From contig CAVTTN010000002.1 in assembly GCA_963737655.1 (NCBI GenBank), forward strand, positions 896,001 to 960,000: a stretch of 64,000 bases of DNA, in the 5' to 3' direction. Both the position numbers and the translations under genes were made by a program. The notes under the pieces are model-generated. The model did not search any database, was not told the origin of the DNA, and saw only the letters and a program-made list of their open reading frames with translations. The number at the start of each line of letters is the position of its first letter. Position 1 is the stretch's first letter. The DNA is from an uncultured Planctomycetota bacterium (GTDB lineage: Bacteria > Planctomycetota > Planctomycetia > Isosphaerales > Isosphaeraceae). Below are positions 42,630 through 55,150 of the stretch, piece after piece.

Positions 42630-43107
42630 GGTTCACCTCGTGGCGGTGTGGGGGTGAGTCGGGCTCTCTCTCGATGGAGGATCGCGGGCGCGACGAAGCC
42701 CCGGGCCCGACCGGGGGCCGGGCCCTCTCCTGTTCCGGGATCGGCGATCCGCCCGGGCCCGCCATTCCTGGGCCGCCCGGGCGATGTTAGGACGCGGGAA
42801 TCCGCGATTCGGGACACTCGGGGTCGGAATCCCGCGGAGTCTATCATGATTTGCTCAGCCATGACCACTCTTTCCCGATCACATTTCCCGATTCGCTAAT
42901 CTTGGCCGAAGGGACCTTCGCGACGATCGGGCCCGCCCCGGGGGGCCGCGCCGCGATCGCCAGGGGCCGTCGGGGGGAGGGGGCGGCCGGCGGTCCCGCG
43001 ATTCCCGGCGGACCCCGGTGGAAACGGCCGCGATTCCGGTACAATGAAGGCATGGAGTTCCCCGCGAGCCTGGGGCCGAGTCCGAGGCCCTTCCGGGACG
43101 GAGTGTC

Positions 43108-45291
43108 ATGGGATCGATCTTCCTGAACGCGGGGCTGGTCGCGGGGGTCTCGCTCGCGGCCTTGCCGGTGCTCTTACATCTGTTCATGAGGCAGACCCCG
43201 AAGCACGTCATCTTCCCGGCGCTCCGCCTGATCCGAGAGCGGCAGAAGCGGTCGAGGAAGAGGCTGAGGGTCAAGAACTGGCTGCTCCTGCTGGCGAGGA
43301 TGGCCCTGCTGGCGCTGATGGCCCTGGCCCTGGCTCGGCCTCGGATCAACGCCAAGGCCACCGCCGGGGATGGCGAGGTCCCCACCGCCACGGCGTTCGT
43401 GTTCGACACGAGCCTGTCGATGGGCTATGAGGAGAAGGACCGCGCCCGGCTCGACGAGGCGAAGGACCGCGCCCGCGACCTGCTCAAGCGGATGCATTCC
43501 GGGTCCAAGGTCTTCGTGTTCGACTCGTCCGAGCCCGGGCCTCCGATCGGCCAGACCCCGGCCCAGGCGAAATCGCGGATCGACGGCCTGACGATCCATG
43601 CCGTGAATCGGCCGCTGAACGCCTCGATCGGCCCGGCCTTCTCGGGGGTGATGGGGTCGGACCTCACGCGCCGCGAGGTGTACGTCTTGACCGACCTCGC
43701 CGCCTCGCAGTGGCAGACGGGATCGGAGCTCGAGGGCCCGGGCGAGGCGGCGAAGGCGAAGAAGCGGGTGGATGTGTTCGTCCTGAGGGTCGGCACGAAG
43801 GAGTCTCGCGACGTGGCCATCGTGGCGGCCGAGACCGCCTCGGCCCTCGCCACCGAGGACGCGCCGATCGTCGTCAAGGTGAAGCTCCGCTCGATCGGCC
43901 CGAAGGCGACGAGGACCGTCGAGTACTACGTCGACGGCAAGGACGCGCCCAGCGACAAGAAGCTCGTCGAGGTCCCGGCCAACGGCGAGGTCGAGGCGCC
44001 CGACTTCGTCTCGGCGAAGCTGGACCGCGGGCTGCACCGCGTCGAGGTCCGCCTGATCGGCGAGCCCGACCCGATGAAGTTCGACGACCGCCGGTTCGTC
44101 ACCGTGGACGTCCAGCCGGCGATGAAGGTGCTCGTGATCTCCGACACGAAGCTCGACTCCGAGTTCGTCTCGCTCGCGCTGGACCCGTCGGCGCGGTCCG
44201 AGGGGATGCCCCGGCCGTACCAGGTCGATCGGGTGCTGACCTCGGGCCTCGACCGGATCGAGGCGCGATCACTTCGGAGTTATGCCGCGATCTATCTGCT
44301 GAACGTCCGCTCGCTCGACGATTCGTGGTGGACGAAGCTCTATCGCTACGTGGCCGACGGCGGAGGGCTGGTGATCTCCCCGGCGTCCCGGGCGGACGTG
44401 GCCAACTACAATTCGGGGATCGCCGACAACCTCCTCCCGGCCGACTCGCTCAAGGGGGTCGTCGCGCACCGCCAGGTGGACCCGCCGTTCACCTTCGGCA
44501 AGGCGGACCTCGGCCACCCGATCTTCTCGGAGAACTCGAAGGAGCTGATGGGCGAGCTCTCGCGGGTGCCGATCTACCGGACCCGCTCGATCGAGCCCGA
44601 CAAGAATTCGCGGGTCCTCCTGAGGTACACGGACGACTCCCCGGCCCTCCTGGAACGGATCATCGACGGCCCCAGGCCGGGCAAGGTCCTCCTCTGGACG
44701 ACGGCCCTCTCGCGAGACCCGCGGCCGAACGACCCGAACGCCTGGAACGACTTCCCCGTGGTCGGCTGGGGGTTCCTCGTCGTGATGGACCAGACCACGG
44801 CGTATCTCGCCGGGGCCTCGGGCGGCCGGCTCCAGTACGATGCGGGGGATGACGCGACCCTGTCCCTCGACCCCGAGAAGCAGTTCACCGGGTTCACGAT
44901 CAAGGGCCCGAAGGCAGCCCAGCCCGAGAGGCTGAACGAGGCGATGACCGGGCCGTTCCTGCTCGTCACCTCGCCCGGAGACCTCGGCCAGTGGACGATT
45001 TTCGCCACCACCAAGGAAGGGGCGAAGCGCGAGTACGGATTCAGCGTGAACCCGCCGCTCGGCGAGATGTCCCTGACCCCGCTCGACCCCAAGGACCTGG
45101 ACGTCCTCTTCGGCAAGGACAAATATCAGCTCGCCGACGACGCCGCGAGCCTCAAGTTCGAGCGAGAGAAGATCATCCTCGGCCGGGAGATCTTCCCGTG
45201 GCTGATGGCGCTGATCCTCCTGATCGTCACCCTCGAAAACCTGCTCGCGAACACCTTCTATCGCGAGAAGGTGAAGCCGAAACTCGCGTAG
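43108..45291 (+). CDS. Second BatA-domain / vWA membrane protein
   Basis: LPVLLHLFMR...FPALRL BatA motif, FDTSLSM MIDAS, LTDL, C-terminal TM (REIFPWLMALILLIVTLE). Confidence 0.87.
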   Translation: MGSIFLNAGLVAGVSLAALPVLLHLFMRQTPKHVIFPALRLIRERQKRSRKRLRVKNWLLLLARMALLALMALALARPRINAKATAGDGEVPTATAFVFDTSLSMGYEEKDRARLDEAKDRARDLLKRMHSGSKVFVFDSSEPGPPIGQTPAQAKSRIDGLTIHAVNRPLNASIGPAFSGVMGSDLTRREVYVLTDLAASQWQTGSELEGPGEAAKAKKRVDVFVLRVGTKESRDVAIVAAETASALATEDAPIVVKVKLRSIGPKATRTVEYYVDGKDAPSDKKLVEVPANGEVEAPDFVSAKLDRGLHRVEVRLIGEPDPMKFDDRRFVTVDVQPAMKVLVISDTKLDSEFVSLALDPSARSEGMPRPYQVDRVLTSGLDRIEARSLRSYAAIYLLNVRSLDDSWWTKLYRYVADGGGLVISPASRADVANYNSGIADNLLPADSLKGVVAHRQVDPPFTFGKADLGHPIFSENSKELMGELSRVPIYRTRSIEPDKNSRVLLRYTDDSPALLERIIDGPRPGKVLLWTTALSRDPRPNDPNAWNDFPVVGWGFLVVMDQTTAYLAGASGGRLQYDAGDDATLSLDPEKQFTGFTIKGPKAAQPERLNEAMTGPFLLVTSPGDLGQWTIFATTKEGAKREYGFSVNPPLGEMSLTPLDPKDLDVLFGKDKYQLADDAASLKFEREKIILGREIFPWLMALILLIVTLENLLANTFYREKVKPKLA

Positions 45292-45308
45292 GGTGCATGA
45301 AATGCACC
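45288..45308 (+). repeat. GTAG-type REP overlapping a stop codon
   Basis: GTAGGGTGCATGAAATGCACC; TAG 45289-45291. Confidence 0.85.
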
Positions 45309-45399
45309 ATCCCCGCGGCGGCCAGGGCCGCGCTCCCTTGTTTCCTCTCCCGATCGTCCGGGACCCTGGCGGACGGCCCCGCCCCTCCTTCGATCGACC

Positions 45400-45654
45400 T
45401 CAGCGGCCTCGCCATTCGGGGTCGTAGTCGAGCGAGAACCGTCTCTGGACCGTCTCGGCGCGGCCGGGACCGGGTTCCAGGAGGGATTCGATCGCCTGAC
45501 GAAGCTGGGCGAGGCGGCGGTCGGGCGGGTGGGCGCCGGGCCTCTCCGGGGCCCGGTCGAGCCGGTCGAGGGCGGCGGCCAGCTCCAGGACCCGGCTGCG
45601 GATCTCCAGGAACTCGCGGTTCAGGACCGTCACATCGTCTCGCGTGGTGATCAT
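45400..45654 (-). CDS. Small helical hypothetical protein
   Basis: GGAGG RBS; LNREFLEIRSRVLELAAALDRLDRA...RAETVQRRFSLDY amphipathic helices. Confidence 0.7.
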   Translation of the reverse strand: MITTRDDVTVLNREFLEIRSRVLELAAALDRLDRAPERPGAHPPDRRLAQLRQAIESLLEPGPGRAETVQRRFSLDYDPEWRGR

Positions 45655-45675
45655 CGCGGGCCCTCCCAAGGCGAA

Positions 45676-45765
45676 GGGCGGGTGCAACCCGCCGGACCTC
45701 TTCCACTATAGAGGAAGGTCCGGCGGGTTGCACCCGCCCGAGATCACGGCGGGTTACAACCGCCC
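45676..45765. repeat. REP-like palindrome: perfect 24-bp IR plus a third partial unit
   Basis: GGGCGGGTGCAACCCGCCGGACCT (45676-45699) / 45716-45739; partial unit CGGCGGGTTACAACCGCCC at 45747-45765. Confidence 0.75.
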
Positions 45766-45781
45766 CGCGTCCCGATCCGGC

Positions 45782-46753
<972 letters not shown>

Positions 46754-47092
46754 GCTGAACCTTCGATCCTGAGGGGGCTCGGGGAGGGCCTCCGCCGAGT
46801 CGGGAGGCCTACGGGCCGGCGGGGGGAGGCGAGGCCGGAAGGCGAGGGCGGGCAGACCCGGGCAGTCTAGGGGGGCCAGTCACGACCGGAGGCAAGCCCC
46901 GAGGTTATGGGACGGCTCGACCCTCCCGGATCGCTCGCCAATTCCCCGGGCCCCGGACCGGGGCGGGCCGGGCGGGCGTTTCCCCTGGCCGATCGCGAGG
47001 CGAAAGTTTACAACGGGCCTACCATTTACGCCAATGTCACTTTCCCGGGCCGACCCATTTTCCCAGGCCCAGATCGCCGAGGAATCCCCGCC

Positions 47093-48028
47093 ATGAGGGG
47101 CGTTTTTTGCGACGGCCAGGGGGTCCACCTCGTCCGAGACCTCCCGGATCCGGCCGAAACCCCCGGCGAGGTCGTCCTGAACGTCCTCGCCGCCGGCATC
47201 TGCGAGACCGACCTCCAACTCGCCCGAGGTTACATGCAATTTCGAGGGGTCCTCGGCCACGAATTCGTCGGAAAAGACGAAAAAGGCCGAAGATTCACCG
47301 CCGAAATCAACGCCGCTTGCCAGAATTGCCCCACTTGTCGAGCGGGCCGGCCGGGCCATTGCCCAAATCGGACCGTCCTGGGCATCCTGGGACGCGACGG
47401 GGCGATGGCCGACCGAGTTCGAGTGCCCGAACGGAACCTCCACGCCATCCCCGACGCCCTGGACGACCGCGAGGCGGTGTTCATCGAGCCCCTGGCGGCG
47501 GCGTTCCGGATCGCCGAGCAAATCCCGATCGGCCCGGGCACCAGGATGGCGATCCTCGGAGATGGAAAGCTCGGCCTCCTCTGCGCCTGGGTGGCCAGGC
47601 TCTCCGGGGCCGAGGTCGCCCTGATCGGCAAGCACCCCGAGAAGCTCGCCCTGGCCGGAGAAGGCATCGCGACCCACCAACTCCCCGACCAGAAGCCGGA
47701 AGGCCGCCCCTTCGACGTGATCGCCGACTGCACCGGCAACCCCTCGGGCCTGGCGACGGCCCTCGAACTGGTCCGGCCCCTCGGGACGGTGATCCTCAAG
47801 ACCACGATCGCCGGGGAACACACCATGTCCCTCGCGCCGATCGTGATCGACGAGGTCAAGATCGTCGGCTCAAGATGCGGCCCGTTCGAGCCCGCCATCG
47901 CGGCCTTGACCGATCGAAGGATCGACGTCCGCCCCCTGATCGAGGCGGAATACCCGCTCGACCAGGCCGAGGAGGCGTTCGTCAAGGCGGGAGAGCGAGG
48001 GGCGCGGAAGGTGTTGCTGAGGACTTGA
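47093..48028 (+). CDS. Zn-dependent alcohol dehydrogenase (MDR superfamily)
   Basis: GICETD, GHEFVG, structural Zn CxxCxxC...C, GDGKLG. Confidence 0.9.
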   Translation: MRGVFCDGQGVHLVRDLPDPAETPGEVVLNVLAAGICETDLQLARGYMQFRGVLGHEFVGKDEKGRRFTAEINAACQNCPTCRAGRPGHCPNRTVLGILGRDGAMADRVRVPERNLHAIPDALDDREAVFIEPLAAAFRIAEQIPIGPGTRMAILGDGKLGLLCAWVARLSGAEVALIGKHPEKLALAGEGIATHQLPDQKPEGRPFDVIADCTGNPSGLATALELVRPLGTVILKTTIAGEHTMSLAPIVIDEVKIVGSRCGPFEPAIAALTDRRIDVRPLIEAEYPLDQAEEAFVKAGERGARKVLLRT

Positions 48029-48055
48029 GGGGCCAATTGGAAGGGATTGGCCGGA

Positions 48056-48236
48056 TGGCATGCTTACGTCCGTGTCACGCGACACGAAGTTATACCCCCT
48101 GAATTGTTCGACAATTTCAAGGGCCTTCGGACGCAACCGACGATCTTTCAAGCGTTTATACGAAGAAACGCCTGAAAATACAATCGCGGCGCGGGGGTAT
48201 AACTTCGTGTCGCGTGACACGGACGTAAGCATGCCA
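48056..48236. repeat. Perfect 44-bp inverted repeat with a 93-bp spacer
   Basis: TGGCATGCTTACGTCCGTGTCACGCGACACGAAGTTATACCCCC (48056-48099) and exact reverse complement (48193-48236). Confidence 0.9.
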
Positions 48237-48362
48237 CCCGGCCGTCGGCCGGACGGCTCCCGCTTCGTGAACCGATCGGCCGGGCGAGGGCCGCGGCGCT
48301 CGACCGCCGGACGGGCTCGGTGTAGGATGAGGGTGGCTCCCCCGACGCGGCGAGACGACCGA

Positions 48363-48731
48363 ATGGCAAGCCTGATCGATGGACTGTCCCTCCGAACCGC
48401 TCCCCTCCCGTTGCGTGTCGACGCAGGTGGGGCCGTCCGAGTCGGCGACAGTCGCATCAGCCTCGACTTGATCGTCGAGCAGTACGATAACGGCATGACG
48501 CCCGAGGAGATGGTCCGCGCCTACGACGCCCTGTCACTCGCCGACGTCTACGCGGCGATCGCCTACTACCTCCGGCACCGGGACGAGGTGCGAGCCTATC
48601 TGAGGCGTCGGGAAGAGGAGGCGCGAGACCTCAGGGCGACGATCGAGGCCGAGCGCCCGCCGGTCTTGAGGCAGGAGTTGCTCGCCCTCCGAGGCGCCGG
48701 GGGGATGGGGAATACTCCGCCTGGCCAGTGA
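48363..48731 (+). CDS. DUF433 antitoxin-like protein
   Basis: RVGDSRISLDLIV..Y..G.TPEEMVRAYDALSLADVYAAIAYY. Confidence 0.88.
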   Translation: MASLIDGLSLRTAPLPLRVDAGGAVRVGDSRISLDLIVEQYDNGMTPEEMVRAYDALSLADVYAAIAYYLRHRDEVRAYLRRREEEARDLRATIEAERPPVLRQELLALRGAGGMGNTPPGQ

Positions 48732-49071
48732 CGCCGACGTCCACGGCGACCTCGTCCGCGGCCTGCGCCGCCACCTGTCGGAGATCGATTTGGTCCGCGT
48801 CCAGGACGCCCTGCCCAATGGCACGCCGGACCCGGACGTCCTGGCCTGGGCCGCGGCGGAGGGCCGCGTCCTCATCACCAACGACCGGAACACGATGGTC
48901 GGTTTCGCCTACCAACGCGCGACCGCGGGGGAGCCGATGCCCGGCCTGATCGCCACCACCAACGACCAATCGATCGGGTCGGCGATCGGCGACATCCTTT
49001 TGATCGCCGAGTTCATGCCCGAGGACCAGATCCGGGAGCAGCTCGTGGTGTTCCTTCCCTTCGTCGGATGA
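48712..49071 (+). CDS. DUF5615 PIN-like toxin; the expected start position reads ATA
   Basis: (I)LRLASDADVHG...DPDVLAWAAAEGRVLITNDRNTM...PGLI; overlaps the DUF433 gene. Confidence 0.78.
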   Translation: MLRLASDADVHGDLVRGLRRHLSEIDLVRVQDALPNGTPDPDVLAWAAAEGRVLITNDRNTMVGFAYQRATAGEPMPGLIATTNDQSIGSAIGDILLIAEFMPEDQIREQLVVFLPFVG

Positions 49072-49183
49072 AGTCTCGTGCCCCCGGATGCGCCTCCTGA
49101 TCAGCCCTCATCTCGGCATTCTTGGTTCGATTGTCGCTGGATCGGGCGGCCTGTCAACGAAATGGCTCCGATTCGCGAGCGTT

Positions 49184-49825
49184 TCAGCCTCCCGATTCGC
49201 CGAGTTTCTTGCGGAAATGGTCCTTCCAGCCTTCGTCCAGGAACTTCGCGGCGATGGCCCGGCGGAGGCGGTCGGGGTTTCTCGCCTTGGACGTGTAGAG
49301 GTCCACGATCTCGGCGACGGTCGGGTCGTCGGAGGTGGCGATCGGCTCGATCGGGTCTCCCTGGCCGATCTCGCCTTCGGTGGTCACGGCGAAGTAGAAG
49401 CCGGTCCGGCCGTTGGCGATCATCCGCTTGAGCATGTCCATCCGGCCGAAGCGGATCCCCAGCTTGAAGCAGGGCAGGCGGGGCTGGGTGACCACGAACT
49501 CGGCCGAGCCGATGCGGAAGCGGTCGCCGATCCTCACGTCCTCGGAAAGCCCCTCGGTGGTCAGGTTCTCGCCGAAGGCCGCCCAGGAGAATTCGACGTC
49601 CGGAAGCTCTTGACGCCAGGCGTCGTAATGCTCGGAGGGGTAGGCGTAGACGGCCTTGTCGACCCCTCCGTGAACGGTCAGGTCGGACTGCTCGTCCCCC
49701 TCGATGTTCAGCGTCGAGACCTTCAGGCGGCGGTCGGTCGGCTCCTTGAAGATGGACGTGAGGACGGTGTTGCCGTCCCATTCGACTTCCCTCGGGCGGC
49801 CGACGCTCAGCGACACGACCTTCAT
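49184..49825 (-). CDS. MOSC-domain protein (YiiM-like)
   Basis: GDEQSD...HGG.DKAVYAY, FGENLT, TQPRLPCFKL, GRTGFY. Confidence 0.9.
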   Translation of the reverse strand: MKVVSLSVGRPREVEWDGNTVLTSIFKEPTDRRLKVSTLNIEGDEQSDLTVHGGVDKAVYAYPSEHYDAWRQELPDVEFSWAAFGENLTTEGLSEDVRIGDRFRIGSAEFVVTQPRLPCFKLGIRFGRMDMLKRMIANGRTGFYFAVTTEGEIGQGDPIEPIATSDDPTVAEIVDLYTSKARNPDRLRRAIAAKFLDEGWKDHFRKKLGESGG

Positions 49826-49986
49826 GGCAACCCCCGTCTCCCGGGCATTCGTGGCGATCCGACGCATTATAGCGGCGGTGCTCCGCCCCCGACGGTTTCG
49901 AGGCACGCCGCGGGGAGGGACCTGGGGATCTGGGGATCGGGAGGCCCAGGCTTGACTGGCGAGACTCCGCCGGCTCTAATCCTGAC

Positions 49987-50169
49987 GCTCGATGGGTGCC
50001 CCCGACCGGTTGCCGGCTCCGGGGGAGAATAGGGAAGACGGTGAGAATCCGTCGCGGGGCCGCCGCTGTGATCGGCCAGGCCCCCGGGCGATCGTGCCAC
50101 TGCCGAATGGCGGGAAGGCCGCCCGGGGTCCGTCCAGGAGCCGAGAGCCAGAAGACCTGCCCGTCGAGC
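49987..50169 (+). promoter_or_regulatory. Cobalamin (B12) riboswitch
   Basis: GGTG...AATAGGGAA-GACGGTGAGAATCCGTC-GCGG..CCGCCGCTGTGA...GCCACTG...GGGAAGGC...GAGCCAGAAGACCTGCC B12 box; ends pair (GCTCGATGGG / CCCGTCGAGC). Confidence 0.92.
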
Positions 50170-50295
50170 TTCTGTTCCGATGCTCCGGCCTCGAGCATCC
50201 GGGCGGGCCGCCTCGCAGGCCGTCTGCGATGGGTCACGTGCCGGAGGGGTCGGACCGGACCCCCCTCGCCCGGCCCGGCGGAAAGGTCTGCGCCC

Positions 50296-51359
<1,064 letters not shown>

Positions 51360-51372
51360 CCGGGAGGTCGCG

Positions 51373-51566
51373 ATGCCGCCGGCCCGCCGTCCTGCCGCGC
51401 CCCTCCGGGCGCTCCGAATCCTCGCCCTGATCGCCCTGGTCGCCGTGCCGGGCGGCTGCGGGGGCCCGGGCGAGGCCCCAGCCCGACCCCCGAGGGCCAG
51501 GTCGGCCCCGGGGAGCCGGACCCCTCGGGCATCCCCCGGCCCCCCTCGGGGGGAGGCGTCCGATGA
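51373..51566 (+). CDS. Possible small lipoprotein between DUF1559 and PepSY genes (end uncertain)
   Basis: GGAGG RBS; ILALIALVAVPGGC lipobox-like; no in-frame stop before the PepSY gene. Confidence 0.35.
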
Positions 51567-52726
51567 GTCGCCCGATCCTCGGGACCGCCCACCTCGTCCT
51601 GGCCATCGTCGCCGGCCTGCTCGTCGCCTCGACCGGGCTGACCGGGGGCGTCCTGGCCTTCCGGGACGAGATCGACGCCGCGCTCAACCCGTCCCTCCGG
51701 GCCATCGAGCCGGCACCGACTTCGCGATCTTTGGGGGAGGTCCTCGCCGCCGTCGAGGCGACCGGCGGGCCGCCTCCCCGGATGATGCTGTTCCCCGACC
51801 GGCCCGACCGGGCCTGGCTCGTCCTGCTGGTCGGTCGAGGCCCAACCGACCGCTGGGAGGTGTACGTCGATCCGGGCACCGCGAGGGTCCTGGGCCGCCG
51901 ACGGTTCGGCTCGGCCTGGACGGAGACAGTCAAGCGGCTCCACGTCGAGCTGTTCGCCGGGCCGACCGGGCGGATCGTCGTGGGGCTGGGCGGCCTGGCC
52001 TCGCTCGCCCTGGGGGCCACCGGCCTGGCCCTCTGGTGGCGAGGACGGCCCCGGGGCGCCCCGGTTCGCGGGGCCCTGGCCTCCCATCGTCGGATCGGGA
52101 TCGTCGGACTGGTCCCCTCGACGATCCTGGCGACGACCGGCGCCCTCCTGATCTTCCGCCCCTACCTGGCCCCCGTCCTGACCCACCTGACCGGCCCCAT
52201 GCCCCTGGAGACGGTCCCCCTCTCGCGGCTCGATCGCGCCGGGACGCCCCCCTCGGCCGACTCGGTCCGCGACCGGGCGGCCCTCGCCTATCCCGAGGCC
52301 CGGGTGACCCGGCTCTACCTGCCCGAAGGGGTGCGGGGCACTTACGCCATCCGCCTCCGCCTGCCGGGGGACGACAACCCGCACGGCAACACGGCGATGA
52401 GGTTCGATCGCTACAGTGGCGAGATCCTCCAGGAGCACAGCTCGCGGGGGGCATCGGCCTCGCAAAAAATCCTCTGGTATGCCGCCTATCCCTGGCACAC
52501 CGGCGACGCCCTGGGGACGACGGGTCGGGCTATCGTGGCCCTCTCCGGGCTGGTCCCCTCCGCGCTCCTGGCCACCGGCCTCGCTTCATGGCTGTCCCGT
52601 CGTCGGGCGAGGAACAAGGGACGGAGCGAATCATGGCTCGGGAGCGCCCCGGGCGTTCGGCGGGAGCTCGGGTCTCCGGAAATGGATCAGCCCCGATCGA
52701 TCCGAGGGCTGGAGGCAGGTTCCTGA
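51563..52726 (+). CDS. PepSY-associated TM helix protein
   Basis: H..L......TGLTG, YVDPGTA.VLG, LHVEL, TGL.LWW, HRRIG, WHTG His-containing TM motifs. Confidence 0.88.
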   Translation: MSRPILGTAHLVLAIVAGLLVASTGLTGGVLAFRDEIDAALNPSLRAIEPAPTSRSLGEVLAAVEATGGPPPRMMLFPDRPDRAWLVLLVGRGPTDRWEVYVDPGTARVLGRRRFGSAWTETVKRLHVELFAGPTGRIVVGLGGLASLALGATGLALWWRGRPRGAPVRGALASHRRIGIVGLVPSTILATTGALLIFRPYLAPVLTHLTGPMPLETVPLSRLDRAGTPPSADSVRDRAALAYPEARVTRLYLPEGVRGTYAIRLRLPGDDNPHGNTAMRFDRYSGEILQEHSSRGASASQKILWYAAYPWHTGDALGTTGRAIVALSGLVPSALLATGLASWLSRRRARNKGRSESWLGSAPGVRRELGSPEMDQPRSIRGLEAGS

Positions 52727-52796
52727 ACCGTGGCTTCCCTCAGACTGTCCCGGACGAGGCCGCCGTGCTATCTTGGTCCGTCCGGGAGTCTTCGCC

Positions 52797-54952
52797 ATGG
52801 AGGGACCGCTCGTGATCGAGTCTCTTTCCTTTCCTCGTGCATCGCGACGTGCCCTGGTGCTCGGGACCGTGACCTTGCTCATGGCGCTCTCGGCCCTTGG
52901 GGCGAAGGTCGAGACGTGGCGGCAAGACGCCTCGGCCACGTTCTCCAAGGGGAAGAAGGAACGCGTGGTCGTCAGCGATTCCGGCCGCGTGCGACTGGGC
53001 CGGAAGGTCGAGGCGGTCGGCTCTCTGGAGGCCGTCCACGTATGGGACCTCGCCCGGGCGGCCGACGGCTCGCTCTATGCCGCGACCGGGAGCTCGGGCA
53101 AGGTCTTCCGCAAGGAGAAGGGGAAGGCCGATTGGTCGGTCGTCCACGATTCGGACGATTCCCAGGCCCTTTCGGTGGCGATCACCGCCGACGGCCGGGT
53201 GTTCGTGGGGACCGGGCCGAGCGGGTCGGTCGTCGAGGTCTCCGACCCGAAGGCGAAGCCCGAGAGGCCCGACCCGGCCGTCAAGTACATCTGGGACCTG
53301 GCCGCCGATGCCGACGGCGGGCTCCTGGCCGCCACCGGGCCGACGGGGCAGCTGTGGAAGCGGTCGAAGGAGGGGAAATGGTCGGTCCTCCTGGACAGCA
53401 AACACCCGCATCTGCTCTGCGTGGCGGTCGGGCCCGACGGCTCCATCTTCGCCGGGAGCGACGGCGAGGGCCTGATCTACAAGGTCGCGCCCGGAGGCAA
53501 GGTCTCGGTCCTCTATGATGCGCCCCAGGCCGAGATTCACACGTTGAAGATCGGTCCCGACGGCGCCCTGTTCGCCGGGACGGCCGTGGAGGCGGGCGGA
53601 GGAGGCGGGGCGCCGGGCGGCGGGCCTCCCCGGGGGTTTGCCTCGGCGGTTGAGAACGAACCCCGGGGGGCCGATCGAGTGGTCCGGCTCGCCTCGTTCC
53701 AGGAGCCCCCCAAGGGTCGGCCCGAGCCTCCCGCCCCGGGCGATCGGCCGAGCGGAGGGACGTCCCCCCGGCCCGGACCTCCGGGAGAGAACTCGGTGTA
53801 CCGGATCGGGCCCGACGGGGCGCCTCGCGAGGTCTTCAAGGCCAAGGCGCTGATCTATGCGATCGCGTTCGCCGACGATCGCCTCGATGTGGGGACCGGG
53901 CCGAGGGGCAGATTTACGAGGTCCGCGACCTCGGCCGGGAATCCTCGCCGATCGCCCGGCTCGACCACAGCCAGGCCCTTTGCCTGCTCTCCGGCGAGGG
54001 CGGGGAAGTCCTGATCGGCGCGGGCGATCCGGGCGGGGTGTTGCGCCTGGTGCCGGGTTACGTCGCCTCGGGTTCGCTGACCTCGGAGGTCCACGACGCC
54101 AGGTTCGTCAGCCAGTTCGGGACGGTCTCGTGGAAGGCGGACGTGCCGGAGAAGACCTCGGTGAAGGTGCAGGTGCGAACCGGGAACGTCTCGGAGCCCG
54201 ATCCGACGTGGTCGGAATGGTCGGCGGCGTTGACCGACGGCTCGGGGTCGAAGCCCGGGGTGCCTCCGGGGCGGTTCGTGCAGTACCGGGCGATGTTCGA
54301 GACGGGGGCGCCGGCCGAGACGCCCGAATTGCGGTCGATCGCCCTCCATTTCCAGGCCGGCAACCTCCCCCCGGAGCTGTCCAAGATCACCGTGCCGGAC
54401 GTCTCGACGGCCGACGGCGCGACGAGGCAGGCCCGGATGGCCCTGCGATGGGACGCCAGCGACCCGAACGACGATGAGCTGACCTTCACCCTCCTGTTCC
54501 GCAAGGAGGGCTGGCCCGAATGGATCAAGCTGACCGACCCGCCGATCGCCGAGAAGCTCTATTCGTGGGACGCGACGGCCGTCCCGGCGGGCGTGTACCG
54601 GCTGAAGGTCGTGGCGAGCGATCGGCCGTCGAACCCGGACGGCTCGGCGTTCTCCCGGGAGCTCGTCAGCGAGCCGTTCCTGGTCGATCACCAGGCGCCG
54701 ACCGTGGCGATCTCGGCCGAGGGGAAGACCTTCAAAATTGCCCTGAAAGACGACCTGACGAGGCTGGTGAAGGCCGCCTACGCGCTGGACGGCGGAGAAT
54801 GGACGGCGATCTTCCCGGACGACGGCCTGTTCGACTCGACGGCCGAGACGATCACGCTCAAGCTGCCCGATTTGAAGCCCGGAGCCCACGTGTTGACCGT
54901 CCGAGCCACCGACGCGGCCGGGAACGTGGGGACGGGCGACGTGGTGAAGTAG
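52797..54952 (+). CDS. Exported beta-propeller + Ig-like domain protein; frameshift near 53900
   Basis: Signal peptide; repeated WDLA...ATG..G blades; W.ASDPNDD and D.AGN Ig-like motifs in ORF 54038..54952. Confidence 0.8.
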
Positions 54953-54969
54953 GGTGCATGAAATGCGTC
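54949..54969 (+). repeat. Degenerate GTAG-type REP overlapping a stop codon
   Basis: GTAGGGTGCATGAAATGCGTC; TAG 54950-54952. Confidence 0.75.
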
Positions 54970-55150
54970 ACGACCCCGGCGGGCAAGACCCGCCCCCGTC
55001 GCGACGATGGCCGCTAGAATTGGGGACGTTTCTCGTCGAATTCACGGATTCGTGATTGCGGAACGCCGTGAAGGTCATCAGGATTGCTCACGGCAAACGT
55101 TTGGGCGCGTGCCCCGACGACCGCGGCCGCTCGGATCACGGAGGAGAACG

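Noticed and set aside
48060..48362. N-terminal extension of the DUF433 ORF and the mirror ORF 47870..48496
   Set aside because: They read through the 44-bp inverted repeat; the family-like sequence starts at 48363
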